Assembly (NCBI GenBank): GCA_002811645.1
Contig: PDIP01000011.1
Span: 190,435 to 254,434 of the forward strand
Reading direction: 5' to 3'
Origin: Corallochytrium limacisporum Hawaii
Taxonomy: Eukaryota; Protista; Pluriformea
Length of the DNA stretch: 64,000 bases
In this document: positions 32,984 to 45,102 of the stretch, in pieces
Position numbering within the stretch: position 1 is the stretch's first letter
Layout of the letters: every line of letters starts with the position of its first letter
Notes under the pieces: generated by a model
What the model was told of the DNA's origin: nothing
Database searches by the model: none
What the model saw: only the letters and a program-made list of their open reading frames with translations
Made by a program: the position numbers and the translations under genes

Positions 32984-34036
32984 TCATCCCTTCATAGTGA
33001 CCGCATCATACACAGGGTTCAGCTGCTGAGACACACGAATGAATGTCGTGCGCTTACTCAAGTCCTTCAATTGTGAAGCACCTACGTACGTGCAGGCCGA
33101 TCGTAGTCCTCCCAGAATGTCCTGGATTGTGCCCTTCATGGGGCCCCGGTATGGCACTCGCACGGTCTTGCCCTCGCTTGCCCGATACTCTGCCACACCG
33201 CCGGCATGCTTGTCCATAGCAGTGTCACTGCTCATGCCGTAAAAGAGACGATACTGTTTGCCATTCTCCTCTACCAACTCACCGCCGCTCTCGTCATGGC
33301 CAGCGAACATTCCACCCAGCATGACAAAGTCAGCTCCAGCTCCGAACGCCTTGGCCACATCACCTGGGCAAGTGCAACCCCCGTCGGCAATGATGTGTCC
33401 TCCCAGACCGTGTGCTGCATCCGCACACTCGATGACTGCACTAAGTTGCGGATAGCCTACTCCAGTCTTTTTTCGGGTCGTGCATACGCTGCCCGGGCCA
33501 ATACCGATCTTCACAATGTCGGCACCGCTGAGGATTAGTTCTTCGGTCATCTCTCCTGTCACTACGTTACCAGCCATGAGCACATGGTCCGGATAGCGTG
33601 CTCGCACCTCACGCAAATGCTGCACAAACCGCTCACTGTATCCGTTGGCGACATCTATGCAAATATACTTGACCTCCGGGCACATGTCAATAATTTTCTG
33701 CAGCTTTTCAAAGTCATCCTTGCTCACACCTGTGCTCACACAGACACTGTCCGCCACTTCCGGGTTCTCATCAAGAAACTGACGCCACTGTTCAGGTTGA
33801 TAGTGCTTATGGATGGTCACAAACATTTTTGCAGGGGCCAAAGCCTTCGCCACTTCGAAGGTGCCGGTTGTATCCATGTTGGCGGCAATCACCGGGACGC
33901 CATGATACTTATGTTTGGAGTGCTTGAAATGATAGGTACGCTCAAGCTCAACCTCGGAACGGCTGCTAAGAGCGCTTCGCTTAGGACGCAGCAGGACGTC
34001 CTTGTAGTCCAGTTTCACGTCCTGTTCAATACGCAT
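32984..34036 (-). CDS. GMPR: GMP reductase (GMPR1/GuaC type)
   Basis: [41 protein letters not shown] (catalytic Cys), FYGMSS, YRASEGK. Confidence 0.98.
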   Translation of the reverse strand: MRIEQDVKLDYKDVLLRPKRSALSSRSEVELERTYHFKHSKHKYHGVPVIAANMDTTGTFEVAKALAPAKMFVTIHKHYQPEQWRQFLDENPEVADSVCVSTGVSKDDFEKLQKIIDMCPEVKYICIDVANGYSERFVQHLREVRARYPDHVLMAGNVVTGEMTEELILSGADIVKIGIGPGSVCTTRKKTGVGYPQLSAVIECADAAHGLGGHIIADGGCTCPGDVAKAFGAGADFVMLGGMFAGHDESGGELVEENGKQYRLFYGMSSDTAMDKHAGGVAEYRASEGKTVRVPYRGPMKGTIQDILGGLRSACTYVGASQLKDLSKRTTFIRVSQQLNPVYDAVTMKG

Positions 34037-35807
34037 GTTTACGGGAGTACCGGTGTAAACTATTGGAGTGTTGTCGCAAACTCGCGGATTCTACCATGCT
34101 TTAGAAGGGGACTGCGATCTTTTTCCATCAGATACCTGCCCACTCTCGTTCATCCTCAGGTACCGCTCACTTACAGGTCTTCAAGGGACACTGTTGTTCA
34201 CTGGCATCGTCCAAGTGTAGTGACGCAGCTCACCATTCGACAAGTGATGTTTCCCTCCCACTATCGCTGCTAACCCTTTGGCATAACTACGAAGGGCGGC
34301 TCCGCTCGCTCTCTCCCGCACACTACCCGCCTGTGAACCATGAACAATCAGCCAGCCAGCATAGAACAGTTGAACCGACGGGAGTAACAATACTAGAGAT
34401 TCGGGCTCCGAAACTCTCGTTTACGGCTGACGTGTCCAGAGACCGTCCGGACAACCAACGAACTCTAAAGAGGGGTCTGACACTGAAGGCGGTGGCGCAG
34501 GCCCCGTCTCCTATCATCTTCCAGTCTTGTTCGCCTCTGACGCGGTTGACTTCGGCGCCGGTGAGTCTCTTAAAAATGACGGATTGGAAAAGAAAAGCAG
34601 GAACGCGACCGAGTATAAAAAATGGGGGGGGGGGGGCAACACGGAGACCAATTGGTGAATCTCCCTGCACACAGCGCCTAAGAAAGAAGCAGTGCATCTT
34701 GCCTTGTGGGCGCTTGGATGCGAAGAATCCTGTGGTGATGTTTGGGTCCCAGTCCTTTACATTGCAGCGAGTACCCGTACCACCGGGCATTTGAAGGCTC
34801 TATATATATCAAAGGATGACTCGGCCAATCCACGCATCGCTGGTAGCCTCTATATTGCATACCGCTAAAACTCGACCAGCAGCGAACAATCGACTGTCGA
34901 GCGATACCAGTAACCAGGGAAGAAGAAAAGAATAGTCTCGATATACCGCTTTGAAGTGGGAGAGGGAGCGGGACTCTGATGCAGATTATGTAGCGGTACT
35001 GGAATTCGCTGGATTTACAATTTCTAGCGGTGTCGTGTTTGCCTGACGCTGGAAGTATCTCAATGCAGTTTCGGATCGGAAGACACTTTGGATACGTGGT
35101 GTATGCTTGGTGCCACTTCTGTAGTGACGAATACTTATCAAGCTTGCCCAACAATGGACTCCAATAAAGAAGGTGAAGTTTCCACATAAACGTCTTTACG
35201 AAAACCCAATCTCAAAGAGGCCCAAGAGCAGCCGAAAGTTCTCAATCTGACCACTGTATCTTCGTTCTTGTACATTATTAAAAATAATACATGTGAACTC
35301 AAAAACACAGAGGTACATACCCAATCATGCAAGTTTATATCGGGATAGCATGCTTGGGTATATTGACATGAAGGTTGACCTAACGATTATTCATTGAGGG
35401 ATTCTCTATATTCAATCAGGCCAATGCGCTATATTGGCATACATCAACGAAACACAGAGAACTCTCACAAATTCAAAATCATACAGGGAAGACAGATGTA
35501 TTGCACAGTCTAACTGCAAGCAAACTCAGATTTAATGCTATCCATATCCAAGAATTTCAGAAACCAAATTTACATTCAATTCCAATATTTCAAAGGCCAA
35601 GAGATTCAATATACATGTAAGCAGATTCAAGCTTTTGGGGTCAGAATCTACGGATGCTACGTGATTGATCGATCGACAGCTGGCGATATGCGTTCAGTAA
35701 CCTGCTTTATTGTGAAATAAATCCATCAAAACGATTCTTCATATAGTGTAAGTTTTGGGACGTAAAAACTGCTCAAGTAGACAGTTGTAAGTGCCTCACA
35801 TGTTGGT

Positions 35808-38800
35808 TTATTGAAATAGTTTGCGTCGCTTAGGTACCCTCTTTCTTCCATTTTGTGCACCCTCATCCTCCGGTTGGCCCGCACCACTGCCGTCCATTTT
35901 GGCTCCCCCCTTTGCCTTCGTCGCCTTCTTTGTTTCCTGTACGCGATGGACCTTGATCTTACGAATCTCTTTTCGCAAGTCTATAGTATTTTGGTCAAGG
36001 GCCACGTACCTGGCCTCTGGTTTTAACTCCTCATCGTCCAACTCTGCCTTCCGTAGCTCATACTCCTTTGAGTATTGCGAAACAACCTCAGTGCGCAACT
36101 CCTCAAAGGTTTTAGTCCGGGCCGCATAAGCGCCCGGCCCTGCCTGTGACGCGACGCCCTCACCAGCACGGAAGTTCGTGTCTACCTTTACGGCGCGATT
36201 GTCCAGCAAGAAACGCCAAGGGTAGGATCCATCAGCAACTGATCCTTCGATGGGTAGAGGATGGGCCTCGGTGTTGAGGACCCAGTGTTCGAGGGATAGA
36301 ATCTCCTGTCCCTGGTCATCCTCCGCGAACATGAGAAAGAGATACTTCAAGGTCTCCGCTAGGAAGAATGACTGCATGACGTCCTTGTACAAGACGTTTT
36401 GTTCGCCTGCACTTTGATAGGTGTTGTGGAGACCGGTGTAGCCACCACTGGGCACCAGGCACCACCGGTTCAGGGCAACAACCACATCTAGAGCCCATTC
36501 CCGGTACATTTCGTTGCGTGTGAGGCGCCACATGTAGTAGTAGCTCTCGAGAGTTTCCGGTCGAAGAATGTACTGGTGTATCATGTCAGTCTTCGCCTTG
36601 AGACGACTTCGGGCGGAGCGCATGCCTCGGAAAGCTCGAGCATTGAACACAGCTGGTTTCGTGCCATCCACCTGGAAAGGCACCGCGTCCGGCATTGCTA
36701 GTTCACCGCCATCCCATTCGTCTTCTTCATCACCATCATCGCCCACAACAAAATCAGCACCACCCTCAAATTCGTGGTTACCTCTGTCATCATCATTGTT
36801 CTGATCCAAATCCATGTTGTCCTCGTTGTCATCTGCATTGTCATCGTCCTCTGGGGCACCACCAACCATATCACCCAGAACAACCCGTCTTTTGCGCAGC
36901 ACCCTCTTCCTGTTCCGTTGTTTCTCCTTTTCTTCATCAGAAGGGGATCTTGGCACACCAAACACAAGCCGTTCTGCGCCGAGCCCGGAGTCGGCCATGA
37001 CATAGCTTGCACGACATGTGCGTGTAACCTCTCGACCGAGCTCGAATTGTACCAGTTCTGAGGGACGGTCAGTAGCAGGAGGCCCACCAGCGAGGGGGTC
37101 TAAGGGCGGGGGCGGTGGAATGTGCGGAACGTTATGCATCAGACTGTAGTAGGCACCCATGGCAAACATACCGCCAGCAAAGCAGGCCAGATGCTCCATC
37201 TGTGGCTTAACGCTGCCCAGAATTCCCTTTCTAGCATTATTCTCTGCAAGATATATCCAAGATTCGAAGCCCAATTCCTTCATGGCCTTCTTCTCAGGAA
37301 CCACCTCCGCGAATCCATATTCTTCGAGGGCTACAGCTTCCTGCTCCATAACCAAGTACTCAATCATATGTGGCAGAGTGAGATCATAGAAATGCTTTGG
37401 GCTGTCATCTTTGAACCCTGACATGACCCATTCCTTCAAGAGATACTCGTAGGTACTGTCGGCCATGCCTCCAAGTGTGAACCACTTGTCCTTCCAGATG
37501 CCTTTCTTGTAATCCAATGAAGAAGGAAGCAGTCCTCGCGGGTGCACGTTGCGGTACAAAAAGTTCCGGATGTGATCCGATGTAGAAATGTACTTCTCAT
37601 CACCAGTGGCACCGCTGAGGTAGCGGAACTCAAGACTCAGAGTGCTAAACTCACTCAAACCCGCTATATCCTTGGGGTGGTACTGGGATTTCCTGGCCTT
37701 CCTGCGAGTGAAATCAATCTCACCCATGGGAATACCAGTCTTTGTATGGAAAGCAGGAGCCAAGCGATCTGTGATATCTGCAGCCGTGGCGAGGAAGAGT
37801 TCATCACCGGTAAGACTATGAGCCGACACCAGACCTCCCACCATTCGAATAATTGTCTCAAATACCGACACTCCAGCAAAGTTCCAATCTTCTGCCGGGG
37901 TTTGCTCACCGGTATTTTTCATTTGCTGGTTTTCGATAGCAGCCGAGTCACCCTGGCGTTTGGGGTTCTGTTTCTTTCTCTGCTCCGAACGAGCCTGTCC
38001 TCGATTCCCGTCTTGACCACCACCCATCTGTCCCTCCACCATCCCACCCCGCAGAGACCGTACTCCCTCACGAACGCCAGCCTGTGCAGGCGTAGCCGAA
38101 GTGACCTTCAGATTGCCATAGTCTAGGTCGTTGGCTATAAAATCCCGGGCCTGTAGCACTTCATCCTTCAGTTCCATAATGATCAGCGTACTTAATGCAT
38201 CCACGATAGTGGCACCGACTTTGACGCCACCATACAGATCATTAGTGCCCTCCTTAGCCAAGGGTTTAAGTTCGTTCTCTCCCCAAGCGTACTTGACATA
38301 CCCCGCCCACGCGTGCTGTGTCATGCGCTTGATGACTGCAGCCACCTGGGCGTGGTTGCACTCATTCTCATCTTCTGTGCCACAGAGAGCCCTCCGACCA
38401 TCACGGCCGATGTGCTGGAGTTCCAGTGTCCGCGGATCAGATTCAAGCGTACCAACAACGGGCAAGCGCTTCTGAGGCCTACGATTAATCTTGAATTCGT
38501 GAAATTTTGACATGTTTTCACGGGAGGTGTCACCAAGCATCATCATGTCATGATTCTCTTTCATCTGTCTCTCGAGATCCGCAAATGCGTAGTCTTCACC
38601 GGCCTCCCATATTTGTTCTGGCGGTGGCCGCGGCGGCTGGTAGGAACCGTCATCATCACGGCCCAGAGGCATGTACGGTCGCTTAATCTGATGCTTTCCA
38701 TTGTCGTCAACAAAGTCATCCAATTGGGCAGGTACCGGGTCGTGTGGGTCGTATACTCTATAGTTTCCAGGATCGTAGAAGGTCTCACTGAATGTATCAC

Positions 38801-38978
38801 TAAGACTTTCTTGTGACCCGAAGATAAATAGGTAGACGAGCACAAATAGGACAGCACCCACTATTAAGTTTTTCCACGGTAAACGTCCAACATGTGGTGA
38901 TTTCCATGCAGTGGCCTTTTCCTTACCATTGTTGTAGATCGGAATGCGTTCCCGGTGCTTTGCCGGAAAGATCATCAT
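35808..38978 (-). CDS. GH47 class I mannosyl-oligosaccharide alpha-1,2-mannosidase, type II membrane protein with long insertions
   Basis: N-terminal TM; HAWAGYVKYAWGENELKP, VSVFETIIR, TLGGMADSTYEY, EHLACFAGG, YILRPETLES, SFFLAETLKYL, NTEAHP. Confidence 0.95.
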   Translation of the reverse strand: MMIFPAKHRERIPIYNNGKEKATAWKSPHVGRLPWKNLIVGAVLFVLVYLFIFGSQESLSDTFSETFYDPGNYRVYDPHDPVPAQLDDFVDDNGKHQIKRPYMPLGRDDDGSYQPPRPPPEQIWEAGEDYAFADLERQMKENHDMMMLGDTSRENMSKFHEFKINRRPQKRLPVVGTLESDPRTLELQHIGRDGRRALCGTEDENECNHAQVAAVIKRMTQHAWAGYVKYAWGENELKPLAKEGTNDLYGGVKVGATIVDALSTLIIMELKDEVLQARDFIANDLDYGNLKVTSATPAQAGVREGVRSLRGGMVEGQMGGGQDGNRGQARSEQRKKQNPKRQGDSAAIENQQMKNTGEQTPAEDWNFAGVSVFETIIRMVGGLVSAHSLTGDELFLATAADITDRLAPAFHTKTGIPMGEIDFTRRKARKSQYHPKDIAGLSEFSTLSLEFRYLSGATGDEKYISTSDHIRNFLYRNVHPRGLLPSSLDYKKGIWKDKWFTLGGMADSTYEYLLKEWVMSGFKDDSPKHFYDLTLPHMIEYLVMEQEAVALEEYGFAEVVPEKKAMKELGFESWIYLAENNARKGILGSVKPQMEHLACFAGGMFAMGAYYSLMHNVPHIPPPPPLDPLAGGPPATDRPSELVQFELGREVTRTCRASYVMADSGLGAERLVFGVPRSPSDEEKEKQRNRKRVLRKRRVVLGDMVGGAPEDDDNADDNEDNMDLDQNNDDDRGNHEFEGGADFVVGDDGDEEDEWDGGELAMPDAVPFQVDGTKPAVFNARAFRGMRSARSRLKAKTDMIHQYILRPETLESYYYMWRLTRNEMYREWALDVVVALNRWCLVPSGGYTGLHNTYQSAGEQNVLYKDVMQSFFLAETLKYLFLMFAEDDQGQEILSLEHWVLNTEAHPLPIEGSVADGSYPWRFLLDNRAVKVDTNFRAGEGVASQAGPGAYAARTKTFEELRTEVVSQYSKEYELRKAELDDEELKPEARYVALDQNTIDLRKEIRKIKVHRVQETKKATKAKGGAKMDGSGAGQPEDEGAQNGRKRVPKRRKLFQ

Positions 38979-40330
38979 GGCTTCCGTCGAGAAATTATGT
39001 CATTGCCCATAAGATGCCAAAGCCGTCACACAGTCCGATAAGCTTTGCATGTGTCAATCATCTTGTCCGCATTGTATCCAAAGGGCGTCGCTAGGACTGT
39101 CGCGGCCCTCTCAATTCAACGACGTCGAGATCTTATGGTTGCATCATCTGCGGAGACACATCAGCTGTGACTTTTACGTAGCCTATTGGAGGATACTTGT
39201 TCCAATTCGAGTGCCAGGGAATCGGGGTGTACAGGTTTCGTCTCCTGCCTACCGACCATGACTCGAGAGGATACCAAGGCAAGATCGGCACGATAGGAAC
39301 CCTACTTCCTACAAGAGGAGAAAGAGGGGCTCACTGCAGTAGTAATTGTTGGTGAATCGGTGAGGAAAACACGAGAGGAGAAGAATGCACGAGACCCGGA
39401 TCACAACCGGGGATGGAAACGAGGGTATAGAAAAACGCCAATACGTATTTTATGGCATTCAAAGCACCAGAACGGGAGTAGGAATATTTGGAACCAATTC
39501 GTGAATGCATCACAACCGAGCGAACCATTCTCCCCCCCCCCCTCCTTCTTCCCTGGAAGGGGCGGACCGAAGGGGAGTCCTACCCCCTTTACCTTTTTCC
39601 GCTGAGACAGCTTTGGGGAAGACCCCCCCCGGGGGATGGGGATTCGAAGGAGAGTCCCCATCCCATTTTCTGCTGAGAGGAGTTGCAACGCAAGCTTAAA
39701 GGCCCGCGTTACCTTCCCGACCCGTGCGCTCCCTGATTTGCTTGTTCCAAAGGGGAGGGGAGGTCTCTCGTGTGGATAACCAGTGGCTACCAAAATTAAG
39801 GAGGACGCAAGCGGAAAACCTTGTCTGTGCGAGTTAACTAGGTTCCCTTGGAAGTGGTCAGAGCAAAGCACACACGATCCACGTATGCGGACCATAAATG
39901 AATCCGGCCTGAACACCGATGATTTTTCGCCCTGCTCGAAGCGGAAGTGGGTAATAGTTCTCTCCGGTCCCTTCCAACTGACGGTGCTGCCCCTCGGACC
40001 CGTCCCTTCGAATCCCCCCCCCCCCACGTTCTCCTGTCATCCACCTGCCCTCAAGAAATCCGGGGCCGAATTTTGGAGGGCCATACGCTGCAGAACCGGC
40101 GTAGCGGGAACACCCTCACTCCCAAGACTTGGATGCACTGCCATCGACTCCCCGGTGGGCGCGGAGTGGCTGGCAGTTCATGTACTTGAATTATGACAAA
40201 TTCGAGCAGATGCTAGGTTCTGTGTCATCGAAATCGAGTTTCACGAATTAGCTGGAAAACGAAACCGAGAAAAACATGACCTCGTGACAAAGTACCAATT
40301 TTGAATTGAAACAATAGACATACAACCAGT

Positions 40331-40768
40331 ATGAATCGACTGCGGCAACTTTGGCGTGAAGTTTTGGAGGACGGTATCGGTCGTCCTCACCCAAACCCTC
40401 CCGGTGTGAAAGATATCACATGGCGTGACTACAGGATTGGCATCAAGAGAGCAATGCAAGATTACCAGGATGACTTTAGGCAGATGATGGGATGGAAGCT
40501 GAAATTTCCCAGGGAAGACCTGACGTCAAAAACGGACCATGATCTGCAGGAGATTGGAAGACTGCTAAAGGAGACCGGAGAAAGTGGAGCCCCAGTAGCC
40601 AAAAACTTTGTACAGCAACAGGCAGAAATTATTAGACTGTCCATTAATCAATTCAGCAAAGGTTATAAGGAAGGACGGTTGGGAATCGACGAGCCCGCAC
40701 AGCGAAGCAGCTCTCCAGCAACGGAGGATCCAAAGCCATCATCAAAGAAGTCAGAACGCCCATCGTGA
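40331..40768 (+). CDS. Hypothetical protein, 145 aa (weak resemblance to plant EMB2735-like proteins)
   Basis: ATG with A/C-rich context, coding-like composition, fills the gap between divergent and convergent neighbours; helix IIRLSINQFSKGYKEG. Confidence 0.65.
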   Translation: MNRLRQLWREVLEDGIGRPHPNPPGVKDITWRDYRIGIKRAMQDYQDDFRQMMGWKLKFPREDLTSKTDHDLQEIGRLLKETGESGAPVAKNFVQQQAEIIRLSINQFSKGYKEGRLGIDEPAQRSSSPATEDPKPSSKKSERPS

Positions 40769-40878
40769 TGGTTTGTATTCTAAAGAAAAATAAAGAATCA
40801 AATATGAGCATGAGAAGATCAGCAGTCTCGTAAGAACAAATGATGGTACTGTGGATGCTATTCTTTCTATGCCTTGAG

Positions 40879-43059
40879 TTACATTTCGTAACCATACGAA
40901 TGAAGGACACTATTAAACATGCGTTCATGTACTGCTGCTTCCCTGGAGAGTTCTTCCTCGTCATTTATCTCTTGATCTGCAGTGACACTGTTGCTGTTAG
41001 TGCCTGGGTTGGCTGCAGCGTTGTCTAGAGCTGCCATAATCTTCTCGAGAGTAAGAGACACATCGCTTGCTGCGACCACCAGTTCCGACGATGTCGGCTG
41101 GGATTCCGCTACAGGACCCAACGACGGTGGTAGCGTCAATTCGCAGCGCAGTGTTCGATGGTGTTCTTCCTCTTCCATTTCTGTCTGTGCACGATCGCTA
41201 CGCCGCTCCAGTACCGTCGCAAAGATATCACCGATACCTGTCTTCGAGAGAAGCAGACATTGCGCGCGCTTGGAGTCGCCAACGGCTAGGGTCCCAAGGC
41301 CATCGACAGGGGCTTGGCAGCGTCGGAGCAGAGGATGGAGTTCCCTTTGCCGATTTTGTACCGCCGATCTGCCGTCGTCGGTGGCGTGGAGTACTCGGAG
41401 GGTGGACGGTCGTAGATTGCGAGCCACACGAGGGACGCGAACCGGAGGTTCAATGAGAGTCAGGTCATCGATGCCTCCGCCCTGCCCTGTACTGACAGAC
41501 AGAACAAGCACAGCAGAGGACGGGTGCAGATCCGTGTCGTCCTCGTCGACATTACCGCACGCCAGAGCAATGTTCAGGCCCGAAGTGAGACAATCGGTAG
41601 CCACGTCATTGTCCATGCGAAACAGGTGGGCCACATCCGGTGCGAACCCAGAGCAATCGTTAATTATTCGGCGCAAGTAAGGTTCCCGCGTCATGCGCTG
41701 ATCCCACATTTCGACCGCAGTTCTTGTTGTGACTGTGAGGATGTGAGCAGCAGAGGATACGGAATCTGTGGCCCGTCCAGATAAGGCCACACTTTGCAGA
41801 TCAATGATGCTCTCATCGCCCTTCGAAGGTCCATTGCTCATGCCGGCCAGCCACAGGCTCCGCCCGCTGCCCCCAATACCAGTCACCGCGCCCTGGCGCC
41901 AGCGCCTCGCCACCGCGCTCTGGCGCACATCAAAGGTCTGCAGCAGGGCACCGTGGCTCAGATGCAAGACGTGCGGGGAAGCGTGACTGCTGCATAGGCA
42001 GGTCAAGGGCACGTCTGCGGCCGCACCATTCTGGGTGACTTTGGTAGCGTCACTGCCACACGCGAACGGCAGATCGTGCGTCCACACTGGGCCAGCTGGT
42101 GCCGTGAAATCAAAGCGAGCGAGACGCCCATCGCAGTGATCGCTGCGAATGTCATCCAAAGCCAAATCCAAGACTCCACGGAGATGGTGGGAGAACGCGA
42201 GGTCTGTTACTGGCGCTGGAATGTCCCGCATGTTCGCCAGAGATCGCAAAGGTTCGACATCCTCGCTGTCAGAGCTAGTCCACAGGGTTAAGTCTGTGCC
42301 TCCATATGCTGCAACAAGGCCATCACTCGCACCCCGCCCGACCACAAGACTGTGGACATCTCCACTGGCCGCTTGCTGTTCCCTTTGCCATGGAACAGTT
42401 ATCAATGGACCAAGACTGTTGATGTCGCTCTGCACGTCGTCCAGGTGTTCATCAGAGATGGTCACCTTACAGTGTTGTAGCAACCCAGAGGTGGCAGTTG
42501 TGTCATTGATGGCCAGCACCTGCCCGTCCCTGAGCACTGCCATGCGATTGCAACCGACGCGTCTTTGAACCGGCCGAGATGGGATATACAGCAATGGTTT
42601 ACTTTGTGGTGTTGTCTTTGTTGTCGAAAGAGCTGTTATATTCTGATCCTCAGTGGTTCGAAAACAGTGCCTCAGTCCTGGAGGCACGGTGCTTGGATCT
42701 ATCTTTCGGGATTTTCTCCGTTTCTGCGCAGTGCGGGCTGTGTTCTTTGGTACAGTATTTCCTGTCGGAGGACCATCACTGCTCCAGCTGCTGCCGGCCC
42801 AGACCACCGGACACGGCAAATATGACTGAAAACTGCCACTCGGCTGTGCGATGGGTGCTATCCGCCACCATTGATCTGCCCACTGTCCCTGTACCTCAGC
42901 AGCGGCAGCGGCTGCGTTGGTTCCAGGTTTCTTCTTCTTAGAAGAATTCGCCTGTTTGCCGTCCGCATTTACAAACTTCACCGGGCCCACAGATCCAAAT
43001 TCAATCGAACGAGCGGATGTTGCCATGAACGTCCACGGATATGATCCCGATCCAGCCAT
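40879..43059 (-). CDS. Beta-propeller protein, possibly TAF1C/Rrn6 (Pol I SL1/core factor subunit), 726 aa
   Basis: WD-like ends LQTFDVR and VEMWDQRMTREPYL; LLLSKTGIGDIFATVL resembles the TAF1C LFQLSAAGDVFYQ block. Confidence 0.55.
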   Translation of the reverse strand: MAGSGSYPWTFMATSARSIEFGSVGPVKFVNADGKQANSSKKKKPGTNAAAAAAEVQGQWADQWWRIAPIAQPSGSFQSYLPCPVVWAGSSWSSDGPPTGNTVPKNTARTAQKRRKSRKIDPSTVPPGLRHCFRTTEDQNITALSTTKTTPQSKPLLYIPSRPVQRRVGCNRMAVLRDGQVLAINDTTATSGLLQHCKVTISDEHLDDVQSDINSLGPLITVPWQREQQAASGDVHSLVVGRGASDGLVAAYGGTDLTLWTSSDSEDVEPLRSLANMRDIPAPVTDLAFSHHLRGVLDLALDDIRSDHCDGRLARFDFTAPAGPVWTHDLPFACGSDATKVTQNGAAADVPLTCLCSSHASPHVLHLSHGALLQTFDVRQSAVARRWRQGAVTGIGGSGRSLWLAGMSNGPSKGDESIIDLQSVALSGRATDSVSSAAHILTVTTRTAVEMWDQRMTREPYLRRIINDCSGFAPDVAHLFRMDNDVATDCLTSGLNIALACGNVDEDDTDLHPSSAVLVLSVSTGQGGGIDDLTLIEPPVRVPRVARNLRPSTLRVLHATDDGRSAVQNRQRELHPLLRRCQAPVDGLGTLAVGDSKRAQCLLLSKTGIGDIFATVLERRSDRAQTEMEEEEHHRTLRCELTLPPSLGPVAESQPTSSELVVAASDVSLTLEKIMAALDNAAANPGTNSNSVTADQEINDEEELSREAAVHERMFNSVLHSYGYEM

Positions 43060-45102
43060 GATGACATGGGTTGAAGTGTTTCACGATGCCGCCATCGTTT
43101 GCTATTCGTCTTCACACTATGGAACCTTGCATTTCTTTCCAAACTAGTCCCTCATACCAGTGAGCTCAATGTAAAATAAACAGCATTGCCGCTTGATTTA
43201 ATTACCATTCAGATCTTGGCTAGTGTTCTGCGAAAGAAGCACCTGAGACTCACCATTGATTCATTCCGTCTGCTTAGGTCTCTCCCTGTCCCTGGCGGGG
43301 GGTGTTGGCTCCCTGGCTCCAAACCCACCCGAAGCTCGTCGCTGTGGCCAAAATTGCGCGCTCAGGGGAAGCGGCTAAAAACTGAAGACCTCGTTAATTT
43401 AGTTAAAACGATGCGGAACAATTGAGGGAGTCCATTTCCCTCCACTGCCATATCAACAAATTTCGTGCCTTTGCACAGGTGATGCGTACGGAGGTTCGAT
43501 CCGGAAGTGTCGGCGGCACCTGGTTTTCGTACATGGACACATCTCAGTGCGTCATCCTATCATGACTTGTCAGCAGCGGCCCTCATGTGTCTGCGACGTG
43601 ACTGGAGATGGTGGTAGTTTTAGTATAGGCAAGAATTCGTTCATTTTCCCAATTGGACTGCCGGTAATTAGTGCTACTTTGTATCCTCGTCACTTCCCCC
43701 TTAGTAATTGTCTGGCAGTTGGCCAACCGCCCAGTAACCTTTATTTCTTTTTGCCAGGTGTGAGGGCAAGTCAGCTAAGGCTGGTTACTGTGCGCAGGGT
43801 GTGCTAAATTTAGCACGCAACCGGAAGGTTAAACCAGCTGAAGCTTGGGAAAAGAGAGAGGGGGGGGGGGGGGAGAGACGAGACATCTGGACAACTGATC
43901 GCAGCCCGTACATGGTCACGGGGCAAATGAAGACCGAGATACGGAGAGCGAAGGAGAAAAAGTGAACGGGGTCACACGCAGACAAAATCAGAGACCCAGA
44001 GAGACGGCGGGCCGAGAGGGAGCGAGAGAGGGACAGAGGGAAAAAGGGAGGGGAGTGAAGAAAGAGCGGGAGGGAGTGGTTGGTAGACCCGGCACTTGTG
44101 AGTGAGTAGGACACAATTTTTTTCTTCTTAGTCTCCTGAATAGGTCTCTATTTTTTTTGGGGCAGCGGCGTCAGTTGACACCCTCCCATCCCCCCCCCAC
44201 TCCCCCACCTTCCTTCCCATTGAGGTGATGGTCAGTAGTGCGATAGTAGTTCGAAAGGGGAAGTGCAGATAGTCAGGTATCGCCCTTCACCGAGCGATAA
44301 CGATGGAGGAGCGGGAAGCGCGCAAAAGGGAAAAAAACCCAAATAAAATCCACTTACATGGGCCGTAAAGCGGAGAGGGGCGCGGTGGGTGTGTTTTAGG
44401 AAGCGCAACCATTTGACCCAGACAAAGGACCTTGTTTTGAACCTGTGTGTATGACTTGGGATGTGAGGAGTGTATTTCCCGATGGGATCTATTCTGGGCA
44501 ACAGACTCCTAGCAAATCGCCGGGAAAATTGCGAGCGAAACGCACGTAAGCGTGACACGCGAAGCACATGAATCACGGGGCCCAGGGACAGAGAGAGAGA
44601 GAGAGAGAGAGAGAGTCAAGTGATAGTAACCCGCAAGAGATTTGTGCGATTTGGATCTGTCGGAGTTCGTGCTGGGCCAAGTGAAGAGATGGATAATCGT
44701 CACTCACCCACTATTGCTCGGCGATTAGACGCCAGGCACAACGCTGTCTTCCCGAGTGCAGACAACGGCAAAGGGAGAGGGGGGGGGGGATTGGAGGGAG
44801 GGCGAGAAGTTGCTGTCGATGGGGACCCTGAGTATCCGTCGGAATTGAGTGGAGACCTGAGTGTCCAAGCCTTTTTATTCTTAAGTCGAGGAGATCGGGT
44901 ATTTGAGTGACTTCCGATGTGTATTGCAGTGGTAGTGATTACTGATAAAGTGTTTGTAGAAGCGTCAGCGTGCGAGTCTAGAGAACAAAGGAGAATACAC
45001 TCAAGAAGTAGTTCGTACCTGAGCAACAGGGTAGCCCAGGTAGCTCTCCAGAAACATAGCACGAGACACAGAGTTTTAGATCACAACATAAAAAGCGCAA
45101 GT

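Noticed and set aside
43493-43502. B-box-like GGTTCGATCC (and A-box-like TGGCGCAG near 34493)
   Set aside because: No T-stem, acceptor stem or cloverleaf can be built, so not a tRNA
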